NCBI GenBank assembly: GCA_020627525.1
Contig: JAHDGP010000001.1
Coordinates: forward strand, 1 to 43,280
Length of the DNA: 43,280 nucleotides
Direction of reading: 5' to 3'
Source: Bacteroidota bacterium
GTDB taxonomy: Bacteria; Bacteroidota; Bacteroidia; Chitinophagales; UBA2359
The position numbers and the translations under genes were made by a program. Under the pieces are notes generated by a model that was not told where the DNA came from, did no database searches, and was given only the letters and a program-made list of their open reading frames with translations. Shown one piece after another: positions 9,461-18,755 of this stretch. Within the stretch, counting starts at the first letter, position 1. Each line of letters opens with the position of its first letter.

Positions 9461-10210
9461 GTGAAGACCAAGAAAAAAAGAATAATATTCGGACGCCATC
9501 CAGTTATTGAGGCATTAGAAGACTTTCAACAAATAGATAAAATTTATTTAAAAAGAGATATTAGGGGAGAGTTTTCTGAAAGGCTGTATAAATTGGCAAA
9601 AGAGCAAAACATTCCAATCCAAACAGTTCCTGTTGAAAAGCTGAATCGTATAACGATGAAAAACCATCAAGGAGTGATTGCCCAAATCTCTTTGATATCT
9701 TATAGTAATGTGGAGGATGTCTTATCACTCGCATATGATTCAGGAGAATTACCGTTGTTTCTGATTTTGGATAAAGTAACAGATGTTAGAAATTTTGGAG
9801 CAATAGTAAGGTCTGCTTTATGTATGGGAGTACATTCAGTAATTATTCCAAATAAAGGAAGTGCCAGTATAAACGAGGAAGCCGTAAAATCATCCGCAGG
9901 GGCAATTCTTAAAATGCCTATTTGTAGGGTTGACAGTCTTCAAAAAACAGTAGATTATCTAAAGTCTGTTGGTTTAAGTATTGTAGGAGCTGATTTGACC
10001 GGCACAAAATATTTTCACGATGTAAATTTAAGCGTTCCCTTAGCTGTTATAATGGGTTCTGAAGGTGAAGGACTCGAATTAAATCTTATAAGAAGGGTAG
10101 ACCATTTGGTAAAATTACCAATGATGGGAAAATTTGACTCACTCAATGTCTCAGTAGCAACTGGGATGATCCTATATGAAGTTGTAAGACAAAAAATGTT
10201 GAATGTCTAA
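9461..10210 (+). CDS. rlmB: 23S rRNA (guanosine-2'-O)-methyltransferase RlmB (SpoU/TrmH family)
   Basis: 249-aa ORF with a GTG start. The N-terminal substrate-binding region is 'IFGRHPVIEALE'. SpoU motifs are 'DKVTDVRNFGAIVRSA', 'VIMGSEGEGL' and 'SLNVSVATGMILYE'. Confidence 0.8.
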   Translation: MKTKKKRIIFGRHPVIEALEDFQQIDKIYLKRDIRGEFSERLYKLAKEQNIPIQTVPVEKLNRITMKNHQGVIAQISLISYSNVEDVLSLAYDSGELPLFLILDKVTDVRNFGAIVRSALCMGVHSVIIPNKGSASINEEAVKSSAGAILKMPICRVDSLQKTVDYLKSVGLSIVGADLTGTKYFHDVNLSVPLAVIMGSEGEGLELNLIRRVDHLVKLPMMGKFDSLNVSVATGMILYEVVRQKMLNV

Positions 10211-10232
10211 AAACTTTTAACCTTAACAGAAG

Positions 10233-10257
10233 CACCCAAATTTTTACAATTTGGGTG
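10233..10257 (+). terminator. Putative intrinsic terminator downstream of rlmB
   Basis: CACCCAAATT-tttac-AATTTGGGTG forms a perfect 10-bp stem with a 5-nt loop, 23 nt after the rlmB stop. The U-tract is weak. Confidence 0.55.
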
Positions 10258-10568
10258 AAAATATGATTCATTTTTGTGTAAATTTCTGCAAAATATTTTA
10301 TTTCTAAATTTCATTTTATCAATACTTTATGATAATTTAGTTAGAAATAAAACTGATTTACAGTATTTTAAGAGAGATTTGATTGTGTAGATTATTGGAT
10401 TATAATTTGATACTTGATTTGGCAGAAATTCCAAGAAAAATTCCAAGAATTTTTCTACTGCTGGAAAAAATCAGATATTCCAAAATAGTCTGAGAAAGCA
10501 GTTTAAATATTTTACGAAGGGATTATTAAAACTCCATAACTAGGAGGAAAGTTGTAAGCATCACATAC

Positions 10569-12095
10569 ATGTCAAAAGGCACACTTTATAATTTAGTTCA
10601 CTCACTATCAAAAGGAGAGAAACGCAAATTTAAAATAGAATTGGCGAAATATAAGACTGGTAAGTCTAGTAATTTGTCTGTTCTATTTGATTTGTATAAT
10701 AAACAGGAAGTGTTTGATGAGTCTAGGTTTTTAGCTTCAATCACAGATTCTAAATTAGCCAGTAATCTTAGCTATGAAAAATTCAGGCTTCAAAAAGCTA
10801 TTATAACTTATTTGGGAAATAATGCTGATGGTTTAATGACAGCGAAGTTGATGAATACTTTTAATCAAGTTTTAATTTTAGCGTCTAAAAGGCAATTTGA
10901 ATTGGCGTTGAAGTATGCAGAGAATGGTCGGAAATTGGCAGCCAAAATTGGCAGTAATTTTTTTGTTCACTTGTTTGTTGATGAAAAAATTAATATTTAC
11001 AATGAACTACCCAATATAGATTTTGCCAATCAATTAAAATTAATAAACCTCAGTATTAAAAGTGAGAACTTGTATCATTTAAAGCACAATTATATGATGC
11101 TATATCAGAAAGCTGAGTATTTATCAACATTGATTAATCCGCTGCCTGAAAAAGATGTAATAAAAGGTATCAAAGAAATAACAGAATCTATTTATTATAA
11201 AGATGAGTCTTTGGCAATTGATTTAAATTGTAAGGAAAACCTTTATGACGCAAAAGCAACTATCTATGGCTTTCAAAAAGAATATGACAAGCAACTAGAG
11301 TATAAGAAAAAAGTTTATGATCTTAATAAAGAATATATTGGAGTAACCGAAAAGTTTTTGTTTAATTATATTGCCAGTATAATTAATTATTCTTTTTTAT
11401 TAATTCAATTAGATAAAATTGAAAAGGCTAATTCATGTATAGAAGAATTAAATAAAATATCTGTCAAATATAAAAATACTGTAGATGATCTTTCTAAAAC
11501 AATGATTGACACAAATCTTGTTTGTCTGAATTTAAAAATACTATCAAAAAAAGGTAAACATAAAGAGGTTTGTAAATATGTTTTGAATAAAAAAAATAAA
11601 ATTGATTATTTGATTAGTAATTCAATTGATGATTTAAAAAATGAATACTATAATTTAATAATTTCAAACTTGTTTGCGGAAAAATTATTTGAAGAATTAA
11701 TAAATAAACAAGCTGATTATATTGATTTATTAAATGGCAGTTATAGTAAATATTGTTATCATAATATTAAACTATATACCTTTTTAGCCAATTATGAATT
11801 GAAGAATGATAGAATGTTACGTTCAATATTTGATTCTTATTATTATTATTGTCGACACAATGGCTTGACTAAAAAGCAACATAAAGTTATTGCGAAACTT
11901 CTAAGAAAACTTTGCCAGTATCCGGAAAATAAAATTGTTTCAAAGCTGTGTTTAGAAGTGCTTGAAAGCTTTAAAGACGAAGATTTGATCGAGAATGAAC
12001 AAATCAATTATTTTATTTCTTGGCTTGAAGATAAAGTGAATTTTAGCAATAATGAAGTTCAAGCTAAAACTGTGAAAATTCAGCATAAAAAATAA
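10569..12095 (+). CDS. Uncharacterised all-alpha (TPR-like?) protein, paralog A
   Basis: 508-aa ORF with an ATG start and no signal peptide. It shares 'MSK..L..LVHSL.K.EKR.F.I', 'NLSYEK..LQ' and a C-terminal 'L.K.LRKL' with the ORF at 25249..26769. Confidence 0.75.
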   Translation: MSKGTLYNLVHSLSKGEKRKFKIELAKYKTGKSSNLSVLFDLYNKQEVFDESRFLASITDSKLASNLSYEKFRLQKAIITYLGNNADGLMTAKLMNTFNQVLILASKRQFELALKYAENGRKLAAKIGSNFFVHLFVDEKINIYNELPNIDFANQLKLINLSIKSENLYHLKHNYMMLYQKAEYLSTLINPLPEKDVIKGIKEITESIYYKDESLAIDLNCKENLYDAKATIYGFQKEYDKQLEYKKKVYDLNKEYIGVTEKFLFNYIASIINYSFLLIQLDKIEKANSCIEELNKISVKYKNTVDDLSKTMIDTNLVCLNLKILSKKGKHKEVCKYVLNKKNKIDYLISNSIDDLKNEYYNLIISNLFAEKLFEELINKQADYIDLLNGSYSKYCYHNIKLYTFLANYELKNDRMLRSIFDSYYYYCRHNGLTKKQHKVIAKLLRKLCQYPENKIVSKLCLEVLESFKDEDLIENEQINYFISWLEDKVNFSNNEVQAKTVKIQHKK

Positions 12096-12233
12096 TCAGT
12101 TTTTTCAATAGATGAGCCTACTCTCAAAAAGAGTTAATATTCACAAAATGGAATTTTTTAGATGAGATTTTCATTTTTTATCTTTTTGAAGTGGACTCAT
12201 AAATATATAATAATTGCTGTTTACCTAAGAGTA

Positions 12234-12259
12234 ACCCCTCACAAAATATTGTAAGGGGT
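12234..12259 (+). terminator. Possible terminator hairpin downstream of paralog A
   Basis: ACCCCTcACAA-aata-TTGTaAGGGGT forms an 11-bp stem with one mismatch, about 140 nt after the stop at 12095. Confidence 0.4.
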
Positions 12260-12334
12260 ATTAATAATTAAATCAAAGGCAGAAAGAGTATGGTGTTGTT
12301 CAGGTTCCATAGTTAAATTCCCAGTTCCTAATCA

Positions 12335-12368
12335 ATATTATAAATATACGTACATATATTTATAATAT
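12335..12368. promoter_or_regulatory. 34-nt near-perfect palindrome upstream of the MutS-like gene
   Basis: ATATTATAAATATA-cGTACa-TATATTTATAATAT has 14-nt perfect inverted arms around a GTAC core. It lies about 150 nt upstream of the ATG at 12521. Confidence 0.35.
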
Positions 12369-12520
12369 TAAATTAAAATTTTTGTAAAAATTTGATATTC
12401 AAATCAATAATTTAGCCTCAAATTCGACATTGCTCAATTAGAATTGTTTTCTTTGTGTCTTGAATTTGATTTTTTATTCTCTCAACTTGTTTAAAGAGAT
12501 TTTAAATATATAATTTTTTA

Positions 12521-14299
12521 ATGGAGGCTAAAACATTGTTTTACAACAAGAAAGAAAAATTTGAAGCTGAATTGGTGAAAATCACCAAACAAATTAACCT
12601 TATTTCAATGCTGAGGTTGGCTTCTGTTATATTGGTGTTTGTGTTGGTATATTTTTTTTCGCAAACAAGTAACTATTTGATATTAACAGCAATTGTAGCC
12701 CTAATAATTGTGTTTTTATTCCTTGCCAATAAGCATCAAGACCTTATTGATTACAAACTACACCTTGAAGCATTGATCAAAATTAATAAAGATGAGTTGT
12801 TGGTTTTTGAAAGTGAGTTGGAACATTTAGATAGTGGGAGAGCTTTTATTAATACCCAACATGATTATTCTTATGATTTGGATATTTTTGGAGACAATTC
12901 AATCTATCAATACATCAATAGGTCTTGTACCTATGCTGGAAAAAAGCGATTGGCGAATATGCTGGAAAGCCCTTTGAAAAGCATAAAGGAAATAGTTGAA
13001 AGGCAAAACATTGTAAAGGAATTATCTTCAAAAACAGATTTTAGACAAGAGTTCCAAGCAAGAGGTAGTTTGGTCGAAGAAAACCCTAGAGAAAATGATG
13101 CTTTGATTGAATGGATAAAAGAACCAGCTGTATTTCTCAATAATAAATTTGTAAATATTGTTCGTTTTTTATCTCCTGTTATATTGTTGGGATTATTTAT
13201 CGCCGGTGTATTTGATGGCAGGTATATGTCCTTTTTTATTATGATGGCAGTATTGAATTTAGCCATTGTAGCATTCTATACTGGCAGGGTAAATAATATC
13301 CACCAAAAAACAAGTAAGAAAAACGGAGTGTTAAATAAATACTTGAAATTGTTACAAGTTTTTTCTAAAGAATCTTTTCAGAATGAAGAGTTGGTGCAAA
13401 TGCAGTCTGAGACGAATGCTTCAATCAAAGAAATCAGTTCTATCGCAAAGATCGTAAATCGTTTTGATCAGCGGTTAAATATTTTAGTCGCTATTTTTCT
13501 AAATGCCTTTTACTTGCACGATTTACATTGTGTGGTTGCACTTGAAAAGTGGCGAGATAAAAATAGAGACAAAATAGAAGATTGGCTCGAAGTTTTATTT
13601 GAAGTCGATGCCCTGAATGGTCTGGGAAATTATGCATTTTGCAATCCGCAACATATTTACCCAAAGATAACAGAAACAGGTTTGTTTGTCGAAGCGAGCG
13701 GAGTGGGGCACCCTTTGTTGGTTCATCAAGAATGTATTGTGAATGATATTGGATTGGGCAAGTCTGAAAATATGATCATTTTGACAGGAGCCAATATGTC
13801 TGGTAAGAGTACTTTTTTGCGTTCATTGGGAACCAATACCGTTTTGGCTTTAATAGGCGCGCCCGTTTTTGCCTCAAGGTTTGAATGCCCAATTATGAAT
13901 GTCATGACCAGTATGCGTTTAACAGATTCGCTTAAAGAAAGAGCCTCGTATTTTTATGCAGAGCTTAAACGCCTGCAAATGATTGTTGAAGCCTTAGAAA
14001 GAGGAGACAAGCTTCTGATTATTTTGGATGAAATATTAAAAGGAACAAATTCCGATGATAAATTAACAGGTTCCATAGCACTGATCAAAAAGTTTGTTGG
14101 TTTCAATGCTTTAGGTATGATTGCTACACACGATCTAGAACTTGGAAAATTGTCTGAAGAGTTAAAAGGAAAAGTTAGCAATTATTGCTTTGAAAGTACC
14201 ATAGAAAATGATATATTAAGCTTTGATTATAAGTTAAATCCTGGAGTTGCCAAAAATAAAAATGCCACCTTCTTATTAAATAAAATGAAAATAGTTTAA
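12521..14299 (+). CDS. Membrane-anchored MutS-family ATPase (MutS domain III/V only; no mismatch-binding or Smr domain)
   Basis: 592-aa ORF. Two hydrophobic pairs suggest TM helices ('LRLASVILVFVLVYFF..YLILTAIVALIIVFLFLA' and 'FLSPVILLGLFIAGVF..FFIMMAVLNLAIVAFY'). The MutS ABC ATPase has Walker A 'GANMSGKSTFLRS', Walker B 'LIILDEILKGTNSDD' and 'IATHD'. Confidence 0.85.
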   Translation: MEAKTLFYNKKEKFEAELVKITKQINLISMLRLASVILVFVLVYFFSQTSNYLILTAIVALIIVFLFLANKHQDLIDYKLHLEALIKINKDELLVFESELEHLDSGRAFINTQHDYSYDLDIFGDNSIYQYINRSCTYAGKKRLANMLESPLKSIKEIVERQNIVKELSSKTDFRQEFQARGSLVEENPRENDALIEWIKEPAVFLNNKFVNIVRFLSPVILLGLFIAGVFDGRYMSFFIMMAVLNLAIVAFYTGRVNNIHQKTSKKNGVLNKYLKLLQVFSKESFQNEELVQMQSETNASIKEISSIAKIVNRFDQRLNILVAIFLNAFYLHDLHCVVALEKWRDKNRDKIEDWLEVLFEVDALNGLGNYAFCNPQHIYPKITETGLFVEASGVGHPLLVHQECIVNDIGLGKSENMIILTGANMSGKSTFLRSLGTNTVLALIGAPVFASRFECPIMNVMTSMRLTDSLKERASYFYAELKRLQMIVEALERGDKLLIILDEILKGTNSDDKLTGSIALIKKFVGFNALGMIATHDLELGKLSEELKGKVSNYCFESTIENDILSFDYKLNPGVAKNKNATFLLNKMKIV

Positions 14300-14511
14300 G
14301 GGTATATTTGTTATTCTTTTCATTTCAATCCGACTTTCTTTTATGCTTATTCCTAATATTAGATATGAAATATTTTTTATCTTTAAACTTGATTGATAAC
14401 TCTTTTGTCTAATGAGGGGAAATTTGTGACAACTTTTAATAATGTATTGAATATTAAGAGGTTTGACATTTATTTTTTTTCGTTTAATGAAAAACTAAAT
14501 ATTTTTTAAAT

Positions 14512-15087
14512 ATGAAACTAGGACAACTACTACTTACTACCTTGTTTTTGTGTTTAGGATTTTTAAATCTATATGCACAAGATGAAAATGATGATAGAAC
14601 CTATGAGATACGTTATTGGCAAAACATGAACAATACGGGGAATAACCCCATTCATGTTGATACCATGGTTTATTATGGCAAAGACAGAACTGGGTTTGAT
14701 TATTCAAGTGCAGATTGCATCTCGTACTTTTGTAAACAAGAAGATAATATGCTCTACTCTGTAATTGACAAGTTTGAAGGAAATGAAAAAGAATGGAACT
14801 TGGTAGATCATTTTGTGAGAAAAATGGATATGATAAAAGTCCCGTTTAAAGGGAAATCTAGAAAAGTCTACTGGGTTTTTGTATCTGATCTAAACAATAG
14901 AAATTCAGGTATTGGTACTTACTCTTTGGTCTCAAAAGAGTTTGGGGTAATTTGCCGTTGGAATTCAGATGGTGAATTCTTTCAGTTAAATAGAATTGAC
15001 TTGGTAAAGAGAAATAGAACTTTGGAAGAGCTAGACTTAATTCCTTTGATGGATAAATTATACCAATCAAGAGTTTTTAAGCACTAA
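14512..15087 (+). CDS. Hypothetical secreted protein (191 aa)
   Basis: Signal peptide 'MKLGQLLLTTLFLCLGFLNLYAQ'. No recognisable family motif. Confidence 0.55.
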   Translation: MKLGQLLLTTLFLCLGFLNLYAQDENDDRTYEIRYWQNMNNTGNNPIHVDTMVYYGKDRTGFDYSSADCISYFCKQEDNMLYSVIDKFEGNEKEWNLVDHFVRKMDMIKVPFKGKSRKVYWVFVSDLNNRNSGIGTYSLVSKEFGVICRWNSDGEFFQLNRIDLVKRNRTLEELDLIPLMDKLYQSRVFKH

Positions 15088-15092
15088 AAATA

Positions 15093-15881
15093 TCAGACTT
15101 CAATTGTTCCAGTAAAAGTATTTTCTGCTGGACCGATTAACCATATATTTTCAAATAAAGAAGGAGAAGATTTTGTAAGATTTACTGCAAGGTCTCCTCC
15201 TTTTGTTTTTATGGAAATGTGGTGTTCTCCATCTGCTGCATCACATTTTACTAAATAAGCAATACTTGCAGCTGTAACCCCTGTCCCACAAGACCAGGTT
15301 ACATCTTCTACGCCTCGTTCAAAGGTCGATATATCAAGTTTATTATTGTCCGCAATTTCTACAAAGTTGACATTTATCCCTTCCACTTTATAAGTTTCGT
15401 TGTTTCTAATAGCATACCCTTCTTTGAAAACATCAATACCAGATAAGCTATCTACAAACCGAACATAGTGGGGAGAGCCGGTATTTAAATCGAAATCTTC
15501 CTCTTTTTTAAAATATTTATCCACATTATTCATCAACAAATGAATCGTCTTATCAACAACTTTGCCTTTGTGTGGACCATCACAGGCAATAAAGCTTGTT
15601 TGCCCATTGATTATGCCTAATTTGTGTGCAAAAGCAATTATACATCTTCCTCCATTGCCACACATACTGCCCTCATTTCCATTTGCATTATAGTATTTCA
15701 TTTCAAAATCATAGTCCTTATGATCTCTCAATAAAATAACACCATCCGCCCCAATTCCAAGCCTTCTATTGCAAAGTTTTTCATACAATTGGGTATTTTT
15801 ATCAGGCAATAAATTAGCTCTGTCATCAATGATTATGAAATCATTTCCTGTACCCTGGTATTTATAAAATTGAATTTGCAT
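15093..15881 (-). CDS. dapF: Diaminopimelate epimerase
   Basis: 262-aa ORF with 'FYKYQGTGNDFIIID' and the catalytic Cys motifs 'SMCGNGGRC' and 'SCGTGVTA'. Confidence 0.92.
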   Translation of the reverse strand: MQIQFYKYQGTGNDFIIIDDRANLLPDKNTQLYEKLCNRRLGIGADGVILLRDHKDYDFEMKYYNANGNEGSMCGNGGRCIIAFAHKLGIINGQTSFIACDGPHKGKVVDKTIHLLMNNVDKYFKKEEDFDLNTGSPHYVRFVDSLSGIDVFKEGYAIRNNETYKVEGINVNFVEIADNNKLDISTFERGVEDVTWSCGTGVTAASIAYLVKCDAADGEHHISIKTKGGDLAVNLTKSSPSLFENIWLIGPAENTFTGTIEV

Positions 15882-16036
15882 TAAAAATGTATTAGATTTG
15901 TAGTAGACTTATATATCCGCCAAGCTCCGATATAAGTTTATCATTACTATAATATAAAGAAACAAAGCTAACTAAGAATTGCTTAAAACAATTCAAAGTT
16001 TCCCATCTTTTAATAATATGCCTAATTATATGTGTG

Positions 16037-16062
16037 TTATCAAATCATTTATGATTTGATAA
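16037..16062. promoter_or_regulatory. Perfect 12+12 inverted repeat in the dapF/htrA divergent region
   Basis: TTATCAAATCAT-tt-ATGATTTGATAA ends 40 nt upstream of the htrA-like ATG at 16103. Confidence 0.4.
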
Positions 16063-16102
16063 GATTGTTATGTACTAATTAAAAGAAAAACAACTAATTT
16101 AA

Positions 16103-17554
16103 ATGAGGAAGTATTTACCAAATGCACTCGTGGCATTTTTCAGTGCCTTTCTGGCGGTATTTATATATAATTATTGCTTTGTAACAAAAAGCAATCCTGT
16201 CATTTATGAAGTACAAAAAGGAGCAACACCGACTCAAAATGTTGCCTTTTCAAAAAGTACTGGCTCCATCATTAATTCTGATTTTACAATGGCTGCAAAT
16301 AAAGTAACCAAAACCGTTGTAAACATAAATGTGATAAAGAACACCAAAAACATAAACCTTTTACCAACCAAAGGTTCTTCTAAATTAGCCCCTAAAAAGC
16401 AATCAGGTCTTAAAGAAAGCGTTTCAGGTTCAGGAGTAATAATTTCTGAAAACGGGTACATAGTAACAAGTGCCCATGTTGTAGAAGGTGCAGAAATAAT
16501 AGAAGTTAGCTTAAATACAGGTGAAAAGTATTTTGCTGAAACGGTCGGTATAGACATCAATACTGATTTAGCTTTGATGAAAATTTCAGTTAAAAATTTA
16601 CCTTTTATAGAGTTTGCCAACTCAAATAAGATAAAAGTTGGCGAATGGGTTTTGGCTGTTGGAAATCCTTACGACTTGTCATCAACTGTAACGGCTGGAA
16701 TCATCAGCGCAAAGGGAAGAAGTTTGGACCTTTTTGATGGATATATTGAATCATTTATTCAATCAGATGCAGCGGTGAATCAAGGAAATAGTGGAGGAGC
16801 ATTGGTTAATGCACAGGGGTTTTTGGTTGGAATAAATTCTGCTATTGCAACAAGCACTGGAAACTTTGAAGGATTTTCGTTTTCTATACCTTCTAATATT
16901 GTTCAAAAAGTGGTCAACGATCTCAAAGACTTTGGCTATGTGCGCAGACCCTACTTAGGGATTGAGATGCGCGAGCTAAATCCTGTTGATGACGGTGTTG
17001 CTAAATCATATGATGGTGTTAAAATTGTCAATGTGCTTTCAAGCGCAGCCCGAAAAGCAGGGTTGAAAACAAATGACATTATTGTAAAAGTAGGAGGCTA
17101 CGAAACCAAAACGCTTCAGGAAGTAAGAGATATTTTGAGTCAAATGGAGCCTGGAAGTGAAATTAACATTACTTATCTAAGAGGTGATAAAAGAATGTAC
17201 ACAAAACTGAAACTCAAAGAGGTGGAAGACTCTTCTGTTTCATTTGAAATACAAAACTTGCTGGGAGCTAAAATAAAGCAACTTACCGCTTTCGAATTAA
17301 AAAGGTATGGACTGAATAACGGTCTGCAAATAATTGACCTTGATAAAGGTATGCTTCAGAAAAATACAGATATAAAACAAAACTTAATTATTACGGAGGT
17401 AAACAACAAACTTGTACATTCTTTAGAGCAATTACATGAAATTCTCTTTGGTATACAAGAACGAAATGCAGTTACAATCACAGGTGTTTATCCTGGCAAC
17501 AATGAATTACAGTATTTTTCTTTTGGAATGAGAAGAACTAATAATATAAAGTAA
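16103..17554 (+). CDS. Do/HtrA-family periplasmic serine endopeptidase with two PDZ domains
   Basis: 483-aa ORF with an N-terminal TM/signal anchor. The catalytic triad contexts are 'TSAHVV', 'DLALMKI' and 'GNSGGALVN', followed by two PDZ-like segments. Confidence 0.9.
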   Translation: MRKYLPNALVAFFSAFLAVFIYNYCFVTKSNPVIYEVQKGATPTQNVAFSKSTGSIINSDFTMAANKVTKTVVNINVIKNTKNINLLPTKGSSKLAPKKQSGLKESVSGSGVIISENGYIVTSAHVVEGAEIIEVSLNTGEKYFAETVGIDINTDLALMKISVKNLPFIEFANSNKIKVGEWVLAVGNPYDLSSTVTAGIISAKGRSLDLFDGYIESFIQSDAAVNQGNSGGALVNAQGFLVGINSAIATSTGNFEGFSFSIPSNIVQKVVNDLKDFGYVRRPYLGIEMRELNPVDDGVAKSYDGVKIVNVLSSAARKAGLKTNDIIVKVGGYETKTLQEVRDILSQMEPGSEINITYLRGDKRMYTKLKLKEVEDSSVSFEIQNLLGAKIKQLTAFELKRYGLNNGLQIIDLDKGMLQKNTDIKQNLIITEVNNKLVHSLEQLHEILFGIQERNAVTITGVYPGNNELQYFSFGMRRTNNIK

Positions 17555-17555
17555 T

Positions 17556-17610
17556 TAAGTGATAAGACCAATTGAATAATCATCAAATGTTAATTTGATC
17601 TTATCACTTA
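17556..17610. terminator. Nested bidirectional terminator hairpin between convergent htrA and def
   Basis: The outer 12-bp perfect stem is TAAGTGATAAGA (17556-17567) paired with TCTTATCACTTA (17599-17610). An inner stem TCAAAT-gtta-ATTTGA sits inside it. The right arm overlaps the def stop codon. Confidence 0.5.
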
Positions 17611-18168
17611 CTTTGCAGGAAATTTCATACGATATTTAATGCCTTTAACATCACCTTTGGTGATTTTATTCAACTTTCTTTTGAGCATTCTTCTTTTCAA
17701 GGGTTTGAGATATTCGGTAAACAGCTTTCCTTCAATATGGTCGTATTCGTGTTGAATTACACGAGCTGCCATTCCTGTAAACGTTTTTTCGTGTTCAACC
17801 AAGTCCTGATCAAAGTAACGAAGCGTAATTTCACTGGGACGAATCACATCTTCAGATATATTAGGAATGCTTAAACACCCTTCAGTATAAGACCACAATT
17901 CGCCTTGCTCTTCAATTTTGTGAGCATTGATAAAAGCTTGCTTTATACCTTCTTCTTCAGCATCTTCTTCTAAAATCAGACCGCTGTCAATAACAAAAAT
18001 TCTCTTCGATAATCCAATCTGTGGTGCCGCTAAACCAACGCCATTAGCATTATACATTGTTTCAAACATATTGGCAATAAGGTCCTTCAATTCGGGATCT
18101 TTTAAATCAACATCTTTGGCAACGACTTTTAAAATAGGCGTACCATAAGCCACAATTGGATATATCAT
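17608..18168 (-). CDS. def: Peptide deformylase
   Basis: Motifs are 'GVGLAAPQIG', 'EGCLSIP' and 'HEYDHIEG'. I place the start at the internal ATG at 18168 ('MIYPIVAYGTPILK'), which removes a 30-codon extension that would overlap ruvX. Confidence 0.9.
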   Translation of the reverse strand: MIYPIVAYGTPILKVVAKDVDLKDPELKDLIANMFETMYNANGVGLAAPQIGLSKRIFVIDSGLILEEDAEEEGIKQAFINAHKIEEQGELWSYTEGCLSIPNISEDVIRPSEITLRYFDQDLVEHEKTFTGMAARVIQHEYDHIEGKLFTEYLKPLKRRMLKRKLNKITKGDVKGIKYRMKFPAK

Positions 18169-18202
18169 TGAGAATACTTTTCTATTAATATTAATATACA
18201 AT

Positions 18203-18616
18203 TTATTGTCTACTTTGCATAAAGTCCTGAAGAATAATTGTAGCACTAACCTCATCAAGTAATGCTTTATTTCTTCTCTTTTTTTTCTTTACTCCAGACT
18301 TAACTAAGCTTTGCATAGCTATTTTTGAAGTATTTCTTTCATCAACTTTATGGACCTCTTTCTGAGGAAACTCTTTTTTTAACTTTTGTATCAAATTATC
18401 TACATGTTGTGTCAAATCTGTAGGAGTTTCATCCCAATTTAATGGATAGCCCACAACAAAACAACAAACATCTTCATTTTGACAATATTCCTTTAAGAAA
18501 TCGAACAAATTTTTTTGTTCCACGGTCTTCAATCCTGTCGCAATAATTTGTAAATTATCTGAAACAGCAATGCCAACACGCTTTAAACCATAATCAATCG
18601 CCAAAAATCTAGCCAT
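18203..18616 (-). CDS. ruvX: Holliday junction resolvase-like nuclease RuvX (YqgF)
   Basis: 137-aa ORF with 'FLAIDYGLKRVGIAVSD' and 'VVGYPLN'. It lies immediately upstream of def on the same strand. Confidence 0.88.
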   Translation of the reverse strand: MARFLAIDYGLKRVGIAVSDNLQIIATGLKTVEQKNLFDFLKEYCQNEDVCCFVVGYPLNWDETPTDLTQHVDNLIQKLKKEFPQKEVHKVDERNTSKIAMQSLVKSGVKKKKRRNKALLDEVSATIILQDFMQSRQ

Positions 18617-18755
18617 AATGCCGCAAAAATAATGTTTTTACGAAGAAATTTTAATTTATTCACTTTCTTGATCATTCTTTGAATGAATATTTTTTTCTAA
18701 TAATCAAAACTATGTCCTCATTTTGTTGTTAAAAAATAAATTCAACACTTGAAAT

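Noticed and set aside
18169-18258. 30-codon N-terminal extension of the def ORF overlapping ruvX
   Set aside because: The extension ('MMRLVLQLFFRTLCKVDNK..') is not deformylase-like and would overlap the ruvX 3' end by 56 nt. The internal ATG at 18168 gives the canonical 'MIYPIVAYG' N-terminus.
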